Made by a program: the position numbers and the translations under genes. Below, piece after piece: positions 8,303 to 17,403 of a DNA stretch of 64,000 nucleotides (position 1 is the stretch's first letter; every line of letters begins with the position of its first letter). Below the pieces are notes generated by a model that was not told the DNA's origin, did not search any database, and saw only the letters and a program-made list of their open reading frames with translations. The stretch lies in assembly GCA_049513915.1 (NCBI GenBank), contig JBEKVN010000002.1, positions 242 through 64,241 of the forward strand. Reading direction: 5' to 3'. Source of the stretch: Candidatus Aminicenantales bacterium. GTDB taxonomy: Bacteria; Acidobacteriota; Aminicenantia; Aminicenantales; Saccharicenantaceae.

Positions 8303-11300
8303 GAGAAAAGCGTCTTGGGTCGTCCTGTGTCTGATCCTCGTTCTTTGCTGGTCCGGTCCCGTTTGGGCCGTGAACACGAAGGACACGAAATTCCTGACCC
8401 AGCCCGCGGTCAGCGCCAACATGGTCGCTTTTGTCTACGCCAACGATCTCTGGACGGCCGACCTCGACGGTAAGAACGTCCGGCGCCTGACCTCGGACGT
8501 CGGCGTCGAATCGAGCCCGGCCTTTTCGCCGGATGGGTCCCTGATCGCCTTCAGCGCCCAATACGACGGGAACACCGACGTCTATGTCGTCCCCGCGGCC
8601 GGAGGCATCCCGAAGCGCTTGACGTGGCATCCGACGGTCGACATCGTCCAGGGCTTCACGCCCGACGGCCAGTCGGTCATCTTCGTCACGCTACGGGATC
8701 AGCCCGTTCGTTCCTATGCCAGCCTCTACGCGGTCCCCGTTTCGGGAGGCATCCCGACCAAGCTCACGATCCCTTATGCCTACCGGGCGGTTTACTCGCC
8801 CGATGGGAAATACATCGCCTATAACCCGTTCAGTGACGCCTTTCTCCAATGGAAGAATTATCGCGGCGGCACGCATTCGCGCGTCTGGATCTTCAACACG
8901 GCCGACCTGTCCATCGACAAGGTCCCCCAGCCGCCCGGCCGGTCGAACGACGCCGGGCCGATGTGGGTGGAATCGAAAGTCTACTTCCGGTCCGACCGCA
9001 ACGGCGAGTTCAACCTCTTTTCCTATGACCGGGCGACCAAGGACATCAAACAGTTGACGTTCTATAAGGATTACCCGGTCCTGAACGCCTCGGCCGGCGC
9101 GGGGCGGATTATCTTCGAGCAGGCTGGCGCCCTCCATCTCTACGACGTCGCCAAAAATCAGGAACGCCGGCTCTCGATCGGCGTGGCCACCGACCTCCCC
9201 GAGCTCCGTGAGCGGTACGCCAAAGGCTGGCAGTGGATCCGAGGCGGGGCGGTCTCGCCGACGGGCGCCCGCGCCGTGTTTGAATTCCGCGGCGACATCG
9301 TCACAGTCCCGGGCGAGAAAGGCGACCCCCGGGATATCACAAACTCGCCCGGCGTCAACGAGCGCTCTCCGGTCTGGTCGCCCGACGGGGCCTCCATCGC
9401 CTATTTCTCCGACGAATCCGGTGAGTACGAGCTCCACGTCCGGAATCAGGAGGGCAAAGGCGACGTGAAGAAATTCAAGCTCAACGGGGCCGGCTACTAC
9501 GGCTCGCCCTCCTTTTCGCCCGACAGCGGGAAGATCGCCTATGCCGATAACAGCCTGACCCTCTTTTGGATCGACCTCAAGACCGGTGTTCATAAAAAGA
9601 TCGGGGCGGAATACATGTATCAGCCGGGAGGACAGGCCGACATGTCCGCCTCCTGGAGCCCGGATTCCAAGTGGGTCAGCTACACCCTGAGCACGCCGAC
9701 CTTCTTCCGCCGGGTCTTCGTCTATTCGCTCGAGCAGGATAAGTCGTTCCCCGTCACCGACGGGCTGAGCGACGTATCAGAGCCCGTCTTCGACCCGAGC
9801 GGGAAGTACCTTTATTTCTTTGCTTCGACCGACGCCGGACCCTCCCGGCAATGGTTCGACCAATCAAACGCCGACATCCGGGAGACGAGCGCCCTCTATC
9901 TGGCCGTCCTTCGGAAAGACGTAACCAACCCGCTGGCCAAGGAGAGCGATGAAGAGAAGCCCGCCCCGGCCAAGGATGAGAAGGCCCCCGGCGCGAAGGA
10001 CGCCGGCAAGCCGTCCGATAAGGGAACGGCCGTGGTCAAGCCCGGGGAAAAAACCGAACCCGCGGCCAAGCCCGCCGCGGCGGCCGATGCGTTCCGCATC
10101 GACTTCGACGGCCTTGACCACAGAATCGTGACCGTTCCCATCCCGGCCGGGATCTACGGCGGCCTCCAGATCGGAGATACAGGAAAAATCTACTACCTGG
10201 CCGTCGACCTGCCCGCGAACCTGGAGTCGCTGGCCAATCTCGGCAGTGTCGCAGGGGCCGTCCATGTGTATGATCTGGCGACACGCAAGGACGAGGTCCT
10301 GGCTCCGGGCGTCAATGGATTCGTCCTGACCGCGGACAAGAAAAAGATGCTCGTGTTTTCCCAGAATTCGGTCGCCATCGTGCCTTCGGCCGGCAAGCCT
10401 CAGCCCGGCCAGGGACGCCTCAATGTGGAAGCCATCGAGGTGCGCGTCAACCCCGAGGCGGAATGGTGGCAGATGTTCGATGAGGCCTGGAGGGTCAATC
10501 GGGATTATTTCTATGATCCCGGCATGCACGGCGCCAACTGGACGGCCGTAAAAGCGAAATACGCGGGCTTTCTCCCCGACGTCCCGTGCCGGGCCGACCT
10601 CAATCGGCTCATCCAGTGGATGTGCTCGGAGCTCGCGGTCGGCCACCATCGCGTGATGGGGGGCGATTTCCCGAACCAACCCAAGCGCGTGCCGGGCGGC
10701 CTCCTGGGCGCCGATTATGCCGTCGAAAACGGCCGCTACCGGATCGTCAAGGTCTACGGCGGCCTGAACTGGAATCCCGAGCTCCGGTCGCCGCTGACCG
10801 AGCCGGGCGTCGATGTGAAAGCCGGCGAATACCTGCTCGCCGTGAATGGGCGGGACCTCCGGGCGCCCGAGAGCGTCTATGCCCGGTTCGAGAACACGGC
10901 CGGCAAGATCGTCGAGATCATGGTCGGCCCCAACGCGGACGGAAGCGGGTCCCGGACAGTCCAGGTCGTTCCGGTCGCCGACGAAGGAGGCCTCAGGAAC
11001 CGCGACTGGGTCGAGGGCAACCTCAAAAAAGTCCAAGCGGCGACGGGCGGCCGCGTGGCCTACGTCTACGTGCCCAATACGACCACCCAAGGCTATGTTT
11101 ATTTCAAGCGGTATTTCTTCCCCCAGGCCGATAAGGACGCGATCATCGTCGACGAGCGCTTCAACGGCGGGGGATCCGTGGCCGATTACTATATCGACTG
11201 GCTGCAGAAGCCGGTCATCGCCTACTGGGCCATGCGCTACGGGGCCGACCTCAAGACGCCGAGCGCCTCGATCCAGGGCCCCAAGGTGATGCTGATCAAC

Positions 11301-11651
11301 GAAAGCGCGGGATCCGGCGGCGACCTCCTGCCCTGGATGTGGCGTAAATTCGGTCTCGGCAAGCTCGTCGGGACGCGGACCTGGGGCGGCCTGGTCGGCA
11401 TCCTCGGATTTCCCGTCCTGATGGACGGTGGGATGGTCACGGCGCCCAACCTGGCCATCTGGACCGAGGACGGCTTCGTGGTCGAGAACGAGGGCGTCCC
11501 CCCGGACATCGAGGTCGAGCAGACGCCGAAGGACGTCATCGCCGGGCACGACCCGCAGCTCGAGCGGGCGATTCAGGTCGTCATGGACGAGCTGGCCAAG
11601 AACCCGCCCAAAAAGCCGAAGAGGCCCGCGTTTCCGATACGAGTGAGATAA
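8303..11651 (+). CDS. Tricorn-protease-like periplasmic protease (TolB-like beta-propellers + S41-type C-terminal peptidase domain)
   Basis: Signal peptide MRKASWVVLCLILVLCWSGPVWA after a GGAGG RBS. Repeated ...SPDG..IAF/...DIY motifs of TolB-type propellers. C-terminal FNGGGSVADYYIDWLQ...LINESAGSGGDLLPWMWRKFGLGKLVGTRTWGG resembles the tricorn/S41 catalytic domain. The track ORF starts at 8103 but the upstream part is repeat-derived, so the 8303 ATG is preferred. Confidence 0.7.
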
Positions 11652-11667
11652 AAAGAGGAGGAGGGTC

Positions 11668-12597
11668 ATGAACAAACGGATAGGCCTGTTTCTCGCGGCG
11701 TTCTCCGTCGCGATCGCATTCTTCGCCGGCCCCGCCGCGGCGCGCCTTTCGGCCCAATCCCAGGAGAAGCTGACGGTCGAACCCGACCCGTCCTACTCGG
11801 AGAGCGCCATCGCGAGCCGCCGCCATCCCGAGGTCGACACCGATGTCTTTCTCTATATCAACCACTGGCGAAATTCGATTCCGTACGAGGGCCTCGGCGG
11901 CTTTGTCCTGCGCGACATCCTCACGCCCGGCGATCCCGCCAAGCCCGCGAAAAAGGGCGCGGTCCTGAAGTACATCAAGGCCTATGCCCGCGGCCTGCTC
12001 CAGCCTCGCCATAACACGGTTCCGTTCAAAACGGACAAGGAGCAGGTCTTTTTCTATGTCACAGACGGGACCGGCCGCGTCGAAGCCGGCGGCAAGAAAG
12101 CCGTCTTGGATGAAGGGACCGCCGTCTTTGTCCCGGCCGGGGTTTCCTACCGGTTCCTCAATCCGTCCGACCGTCCGCTGGAGATGATCGTCGTCGTCGA
12201 GGAGACGGGGCCCGGTTTCGAACCGAACAAGGAGATTTCGGTCGGCAGCTATCACGACTCCGTGCCGTCGACGGGTACCCATTGGGCCCATATCGGCCAT
12301 GGCCTCGCCTACGACGTGCCGCCGAAGTTCTACAATCCCATGGGCTTCACGACCGTCTCCATCGACAGCTTCGACATGGCCCAGCCCCACTGCCACGGCC
12401 CCGGGACCGAAGAGATCTGGTGCCAGGTCAAAGGCAAGAGCCTGCTCATGTTCGGCAACCGCCTGCTCACCCAGGAACCGGGCGAGGCCTTCCTCGTTCC
12501 CCCGAACAACAAGGTCCCGCACAGCTCCATCAATCCGACGGCCGAGCAGATGCTATGGCTCTATATGGGAAACCGCCACGACCAGGCCAAGAAGTAG
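11668..12597 (+). CDS. Secreted cupin-domain protein
   Basis: Signal peptide MNKRIGLFLAAFSVAIAFFAGPAAA. Two cupin-like segments (GTAVFVPAGVSYRFLN; EAFLVPPNNKVPHSSIN). RBS AGGAGGAGGG. Confidence 0.55.
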   Translation: MNKRIGLFLAAFSVAIAFFAGPAAARLSAQSQEKLTVEPDPSYSESAIASRRHPEVDTDVFLYINHWRNSIPYEGLGGFVLRDILTPGDPAKPAKKGAVLKYIKAYARGLLQPRHNTVPFKTDKEQVFFYVTDGTGRVEAGGKKAVLDEGTAVFVPAGVSYRFLNPSDRPLEMIVVVEETGPGFEPNKEISVGSYHDSVPSTGTHWAHIGHGLAYDVPPKFYNPMGFTTVSIDSFDMAQPHCHGPGTEEIWCQVKGKSLLMFGNRLLTQEPGEAFLVPPNNKVPHSSINPTAEQMLWLYMGNRHDQAKK

Positions 12598-12612
12598 GAC
12601 GGCGAGGACGAG

Positions 12613-14556
12613 ATGATCCATCGAAAAAATAGACGGCCATTCATTTCGGCCGCCGCTGTCGTGATCGCCGCCGGCTTGGCTCTCTCATTCGCCGGATGCC
12701 GTGGCCGGGCGGCCTGGGAAGCGAAAAACGACCGGCTCATTAAGGAACACGCCCTCCAGGGCCGCGTCCGGCACGATATTCTCAAGGCCGGCCTTGCGCC
12801 TAACCTCGAGGCCGGCGCCGTCATGGAGTTCGAGAAGCTCGCCGAAACCGCGATCGCCCCGGGCGTTGCGGCCCGTTTCTACTGGGGGAGAGGCGTTCTC
12901 ATGTCCTGGCTCCGCATGGATCCGGGGGCTGAGGTGCCGCGGGAGACTCTTCCCGCCGAGCGGATCATGGTCGTCCTCAGGGGATCCGTCACGCAACTCG
13001 TCGTCGGCGCCCCCGTGGTCATGATCGCCCGCGACCGGGAGCCCGCCGACGGCACGCACGGCGGGACACCGCGGAACGATTTCGTCTATCTCGAAAAGGG
13101 CGCGGAGAGCGGCCTCAAGGCGGGGCCCGAGGGCGCCTACGTCCTCGAGGTCTATTCGCCGCCACGCTTCGACTACCTGAAGAAAGCCGGCGTGGCCGGG
13201 CTTCCGTCGTCGCATCCGGCGCCATCATTTCCAGTCCCGCCGTCCGTCGAACCCAACAGCGTCTACGACCTCTATGACGTCCAGTTCACGGAGTTGAGCC
13301 CGGGGGCCAACTCACGGCTTGTTTCGGGCCGCGGCGCCCAGCTTTCCTTCATCAGCATGGACCCGGGTTCGGTTTTCGATCTCCACATCCATCCCGAAGA
13401 GCAGATCATGTCCGTCTTCCGGGGGTCGATCGCTGAGCGGATCCTCGATGGCTCGGTGACGATGAAAAAGGGCGACCTGCTGCTCCTGCCGGGGAACATG
13501 GTTCACGGCGGGACGAACGGGCCTGTCGGCTGCGACGGCCTCGACGTCTTCTGGCCGCCTCGTCCCGACTATGCCGCGAAAATGGACAAGCGGCTGGCCG
13601 CGTTCCACGCCATCATTCCGGAGGACGCCAGGATCGAGCTCGTCGCCGACGGGTCGAAAGCGGAGCCCCGCTTCACGTTCACCGAGGGGCCCAGCTGGCT
13701 CGGAGGCAAGCTTTATTTCTCGAGCATGGGCTTCGACCAGGCCTGGAACGGGGACATCAAGAAAAGCGCGGTCTTCGAGATGGGCCCCGATGGAGCGCCG
13801 CGCGCCGTCTCGGCCGGCCGGATGCTGACCAACGGCACCAAGCCGCTCGCGAACGGGAATCTGGCTGTCTGTGACATGTTCGGGCACCGGATCGTGGAAA
13901 TGACGGTCCAAGGCAAGGTCGTGCGGACGATCGTCGAGCGGTATAACGGCAAGCCCCTCGACGGCCCGAACGACCTCGTTTATGACGCCCGGGGCGGGGT
14001 CTATTTCAGCGACCCGCAGTTCACGGCCGACAAGGTCAAGAACCAGCCGGGCAAATGCGTCTATTATCTGAGCCCGATAGGCAAGCTCACGCGGGTCATC
14101 GAGCCCGGAACCTACGGCATGCCGAACGGCCTCGTCCTCAGCCCCGACGGCAAAACTCTCTACGTCAACAATACGTTCGCCGACAAGGCCCATCCGACGG
14201 ACAAGGACAACTTCCTCTGGGCCTACGATGTCCGGGAGGACGGCACGCTCGCTAACGAAAGAAAATTCGCGGAGCTCCGCCTGACCCCGGAAGTTCTCGA
14301 CGCCCGGGAAAAAAGCACGAGCGCCGACGGGATGACGATCGACGAACTCGGCAACCTCTACGTGTGCACTTACGCCGGGCTCCAGATTTTCAACGGCAAA
14401 GGCGAGTTCGTCGGCATCGTCAATTTCCCCGTCTTCCCCGTGAACTGCTGTTTCGGCGGCCCGGACCGCGGGACGCTTTACGTCGTCGGGTATGACAAGG
14501 TCTACATGGTCCGGACCAAAATGAAAGGCCTGGAATACCCGCCCAAGATCCGATGA
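12613..14556 (+). CDS. Lipoprotein with tandem cupin domains fused to a C-terminal SMP-30/gluconolactonase/LRE-like beta-propeller domain
   Basis: Lipobox LALSFAGC. Cupin-like blocks (RIMVVLRGSV; IMSVFRGSIAERILDGSVTMKKGDLLLLPGNMVHGG). C-terminal FTEGPSWLGGKLYFSSMGFD...NGLVLSPDGKTLYV...GGPDRGTLYVVG is typical of the SGL family. Confidence 0.6.
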   Translation: MIHRKNRRPFISAAAVVIAAGLALSFAGCRGRAAWEAKNDRLIKEHALQGRVRHDILKAGLAPNLEAGAVMEFEKLAETAIAPGVAARFYWGRGVLMSWLRMDPGAEVPRETLPAERIMVVLRGSVTQLVVGAPVVMIARDREPADGTHGGTPRNDFVYLEKGAESGLKAGPEGAYVLEVYSPPRFDYLKKAGVAGLPSSHPAPSFPVPPSVEPNSVYDLYDVQFTELSPGANSRLVSGRGAQLSFISMDPGSVFDLHIHPEEQIMSVFRGSIAERILDGSVTMKKGDLLLLPGNMVHGGTNGPVGCDGLDVFWPPRPDYAAKMDKRLAAFHAIIPEDARIELVADGSKAEPRFTFTEGPSWLGGKLYFSSMGFDQAWNGDIKKSAVFEMGPDGAPRAVSAGRMLTNGTKPLANGNLAVCDMFGHRIVEMTVQGKVVRTIVERYNGKPLDGPNDLVYDARGGVYFSDPQFTADKVKNQPGKCVYYLSPIGKLTRVIEPGTYGMPNGLVLSPDGKTLYVNNTFADKAHPTDKDNFLWAYDVREDGTLANERKFAELRLTPEVLDAREKSTSADGMTIDELGNLYVCTYAGLQIFNGKGEFVGIVNFPVFPVNCCFGGPDRGTLYVVGYDKVYMVRTKMKGLEYPPKIR

Positions 14557-14572
14557 TGAAAGGGGAGGGGAC

Positions 14573-15670
14573 ATGAGAACGCGACGCGAGGGCGGATTCA
14601 ATCGCCGGGATTTCCTCAAGGGCGTGGGCCTGGGGGTCTTCGGGGCGGCAGCCCTCGGCCGTGATCTCGTCGCCGGGAGCGCGAACGGGACCGCGGGACT
14701 CGCGGGAAGCCCTCCGGCCGGGGGCCAGGCCGCGCCCGTCCCCCGATGCGGGCGTGGGCTCTACGCGGCGGTTGATGAGACGGCCACGGTCAGCCTGGTC
14801 AAGGGCAACGACCGGAGGGCGATCGTCCACCAGTCGCTCATGGCGATCGAGGACGACGTCTTCGCCGCGATCGGCAATAAGCAGGTGATGATCAAGCCGA
14901 ACGTGTGCGTCGACAAAAAGCCCCTCGCGGTCACCCACGTCGACGCCGTGCGGGCCGTCCTCGACGTTCTGGCGCCCCGCCTGACGTCTCCCATCCTGAT
15001 CGCTGAGTCGGGCGTTTTCAACACATTTGACGGCTATAAGAACAACGGCTACCTGCCGCTCGAGAAGGAGTACAACTGCAAGCTCGTGGACCTGAACGCG
15101 GGGGAGACGCGCTATCACTACGTCCTCAACAAGGACAACAAACCCCAGCCGGTCCGGCTCGTCGCGCCCTTTCTCGACCCAGGCCTGTTCATCATTTCGG
15201 TGGCCCGGATGAAGACGCACAGCGAAGTGGTCGTCACTCTGGCCCTGAAGAACCTGATCATGGCCGCGCCGGTCCAGGATTACAAGAAAAGCGACAAGGG
15301 GTTCATGCACCAGGGACCGTATACGCCCAACCAGATCCTCCATTTCAACCTGTTCCACATCGCCCAGAAGGTTTATCCGGACCTGGCCGTCATCGACGGC
15401 TTCGAGTCCATGGAAGGCGACGGCCCGGCTTGGGGGACGCTCTTCGATTCGCGGGTGGCCATCGCCAGCCTGGATGCGCTGGCCGCGGACGTCGTCGGCA
15501 CCACAGTCATGGGATTCGACGCCCAGAAAATCCTGTACCTTTCGGCCATGACCAAAGCCGGCATGGGGCAAGGAGACATGGCGAAGATCCGGGTCCTCGG
15601 CACGCCCCTCGCCCAGTGCCTCTATAAATTCAAGCCCCACAGGCACGTCGCGGAAATCTACAAGCTCTGA
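14573..15670 (+). CDS. Tat-secreted DUF362-domain protein
   Basis: Twin-arginine motif RRDFLKGVGLGVFGAAALG. Core ...NKQVMIKPNVCVDKKP... resembles DUF362 proteins. GGGGAGGGG RBS. Confidence 0.5.
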   Translation: MRTRREGGFNRRDFLKGVGLGVFGAAALGRDLVAGSANGTAGLAGSPPAGGQAAPVPRCGRGLYAAVDETATVSLVKGNDRRAIVHQSLMAIEDDVFAAIGNKQVMIKPNVCVDKKPLAVTHVDAVRAVLDVLAPRLTSPILIAESGVFNTFDGYKNNGYLPLEKEYNCKLVDLNAGETRYHYVLNKDNKPQPVRLVAPFLDPGLFIISVARMKTHSEVVVTLALKNLIMAAPVQDYKKSDKGFMHQGPYTPNQILHFNLFHIAQKVYPDLAVIDGFESMEGDGPAWGTLFDSRVAIASLDALAADVVGTTVMGFDAQKILYLSAMTKAGMGQGDMAKIRVLGTPLAQCLYKFKPHRHVAEIYKL

Positions 15671-15770
15671 TTCTAATTCGGTGACATATAACTAATTACC
15701 GAATTAGAGAGGAATCGTCAAAAGAGTGACAGGCAGAGAGTTTTGGTATTTAGTTATGTGTCACCGAATT
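15664..15770 (+). promoter_or_regulatory. Leader/operator-like region upstream of the BASS transporter with three ACCGAATT/AATTCGGT boxes able to form alternative pairings
   Basis: TAATTCGGT-(15 nt)-ACCGAATTA hairpin at 15666–15697. A third copy TGTCACCGAATTGTGAC at 15757–15773 is complementary to the first AATTCGGTGACA, and GTCAC…GTGAC is itself palindromic. Confidence 0.35.
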
Positions 15771-15798
15771 GTGACTGGATAATCACAGGCCGGAGAGG

Positions 15799-17100
15799 AT
15801 GATGTCCAAGAGAAAGATATTCCTGGCGGCGTTCCTAGTGGCGGTGGCGCTCCTCGCGGGTTCCCTCATCGCCGGCCTCCGGTCCTGGACGGGGGTCTTC
15901 GCTATCGCGGGGCTCGCGGCCGCGGCCCTTTACGCCATGTCCCATGCCGCGCTGAAAAGCTTCGCCTTCACTCTCTGGGTCTTCGCCTTCGTCGCGGCCT
16001 CCATGTTCCACCCGGCGGCCTTCGGGACGTGGTTCGGGGCCGACCTGCGGATACTGATCGTCCCCCTCATTCAGGTCATCATGTTCGGCATGGGCACCAC
16101 TCTGAGCGCCCGGGATTTCGGGCGCGTCCTGACCATGCCCTGGCCGATCCTGATCGGGGTCGTCCTCCAGTTCACGATCATGCCGCTCGTCGGGTGGGGG
16201 ATCGCGACCGTTTTCGGGTTCGATGCCGAGGTGGCCGCCGGCATCATCCTGATCGGCTCGGTCTCAAGCGGTCTCGCCTCGAACGTCATGTCCTACCTGG
16301 CCGGGGGGAATGTGCCCCTTTCGGTCACGATCACATCCGTCACGACGCTCATCTCGCCGTTCGCCACGCCGCTTTGGATGAAGCTCCTGGCCGGCCGGCT
16401 CATCCCCGTCAACGTCGTCGAGATGATGATGTCCATCCTCAACATGATCATCGTCCCCGTGGTCGCGGGCCTCGTCGCGCACCGGATCCTTTACGGGGAC
16501 GGCGGGGACAGGCCCGGCAAACGAGGGGCGGCGGGGCTGGCTGTCTTGGCCGCCGCTGCCCTGGCCTCCGGCGCCGGAGTGATACTTGTCAAGGCTTCAA
16601 CGTTCGGCGTCTTTGCCCCGCTCAAGGGAGGTCTCGTGCTCGGCTTCTTCCTTGTCGGCTTCGCGGCCGCGGCCCGGTTGGCGGCGGCGGTCTGGCTCAA
16701 AACGCCATCGAATTGGATTGACCGCGCACTTCCTTCGGTCTCCATGTTCGGGATCTGCCTGATCATCGGGATCATCACGGCCCGTTCGCGCAATGAACTC
16801 CTTTCGGTCGGGATGGCCCTCTTCGCCGCCGCCATCCTCCATAACGGCCTCGGGTATTTCCTTGGCTACTGGGGGGCGAGGGCCGCCCGGCTGGATGAAA
16901 GCTCCTGCCGGACCGTGGCCTTCGAGGTCGGGATGCAAAACGGCGGCATGGCCTCGGGGATCGCGATGGAGGTCCTCAAGAGCTCGAGTGCCGCTTTGGC
17001 GCCGGCCATTTTCGGCCCGTGGATGAACATCTCCGGCTCGATCCTCGCCAACTGGTGGCGGCGCCACCCGGCCCAAGGGCCTGGAGGACTTAAGAAATAG
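15799..17100 (+). CDS. Bile acid:sodium symporter (BASS/SBF-like) family transporter
   Basis: About 10 predicted TM helices. Family-typical stretch SSGLASNVMSYLAGGNVPLSVTITSVTTLISPFATPLW. Confidence 0.65.
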   Translation: MMSKRKIFLAAFLVAVALLAGSLIAGLRSWTGVFAIAGLAAAALYAMSHAALKSFAFTLWVFAFVAASMFHPAAFGTWFGADLRILIVPLIQVIMFGMGTTLSARDFGRVLTMPWPILIGVVLQFTIMPLVGWGIATVFGFDAEVAAGIILIGSVSSGLASNVMSYLAGGNVPLSVTITSVTTLISPFATPLWMKLLAGRLIPVNVVEMMMSILNMIIVPVVAGLVAHRILYGDGGDRPGKRGAAGLAVLAAAALASGAGVILVKASTFGVFAPLKGGLVLGFFLVGFAAAARLAAAVWLKTPSNWIDRALPSVSMFGICLIIGIITARSRNELLSVGMALFAAAILHNGLGYFLGYWGARAARLDESSCRTVAFEVGMQNGGMASGIAMEVLKSSSAALAPAIFGPWMNISGSILANWWRRHPAQGPGGLKK

Positions 17101-17229
17101 GCTATTCAACGTAGAGAATTCCTTAAGTCCCTGTTTTGGGGCCCCAAAATGCATAGTTAAGCTCGTTTTGGCGCCCATTTTTTAGTCCAATTGTCGCGGC
17201 ATCAGCGAGTTACCGTGGTCCGACCCCAA
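17084..17229. repeat. Composite palindromic repeat locus B (hairpin CTTAAGTCCCTGTTTTGGGGCCCCAAAATGCATAGTTAAG + GTGGTCCGACCCCAA box)
   Basis: Hairpin at 17122–17161. Box at 17215–17229. A half-copy GAGGACTTAAG forms the last codons (GLKK*) of the BASS transporter gene. Confidence 0.75.
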
Positions 17230-17403
17230 TTCCGGTCCCAATTCCCAGTCAGCTCGCACAAAAGGGAACCTTTCCCTCGGGGAATCCGTATAGAGGGGCG
17301 AGAGATATGAGTGTGCGCCGCGAGATTCCGGCGGAATTCCGGCCCAATCACAGGCGGTCCCGCCTTCATATCCCGCGCGCAATCAAGGATGGAGAGATGA
17401 ATT

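Noticed and set aside
9864-11675. 603-aa minus-strand ORF antisense to the tricorn-like gene. The same class of artefact occurs at 17491–19251, 13312–14619, 14420–15646, 24896–26446, 27083–28642 and 29466–31094
   Set aside because: All lack recognisable motifs, are R/G/D/L-rich and are antisense to ORFs with strong family signatures. Long spurious ORFs are expected at this GC content.
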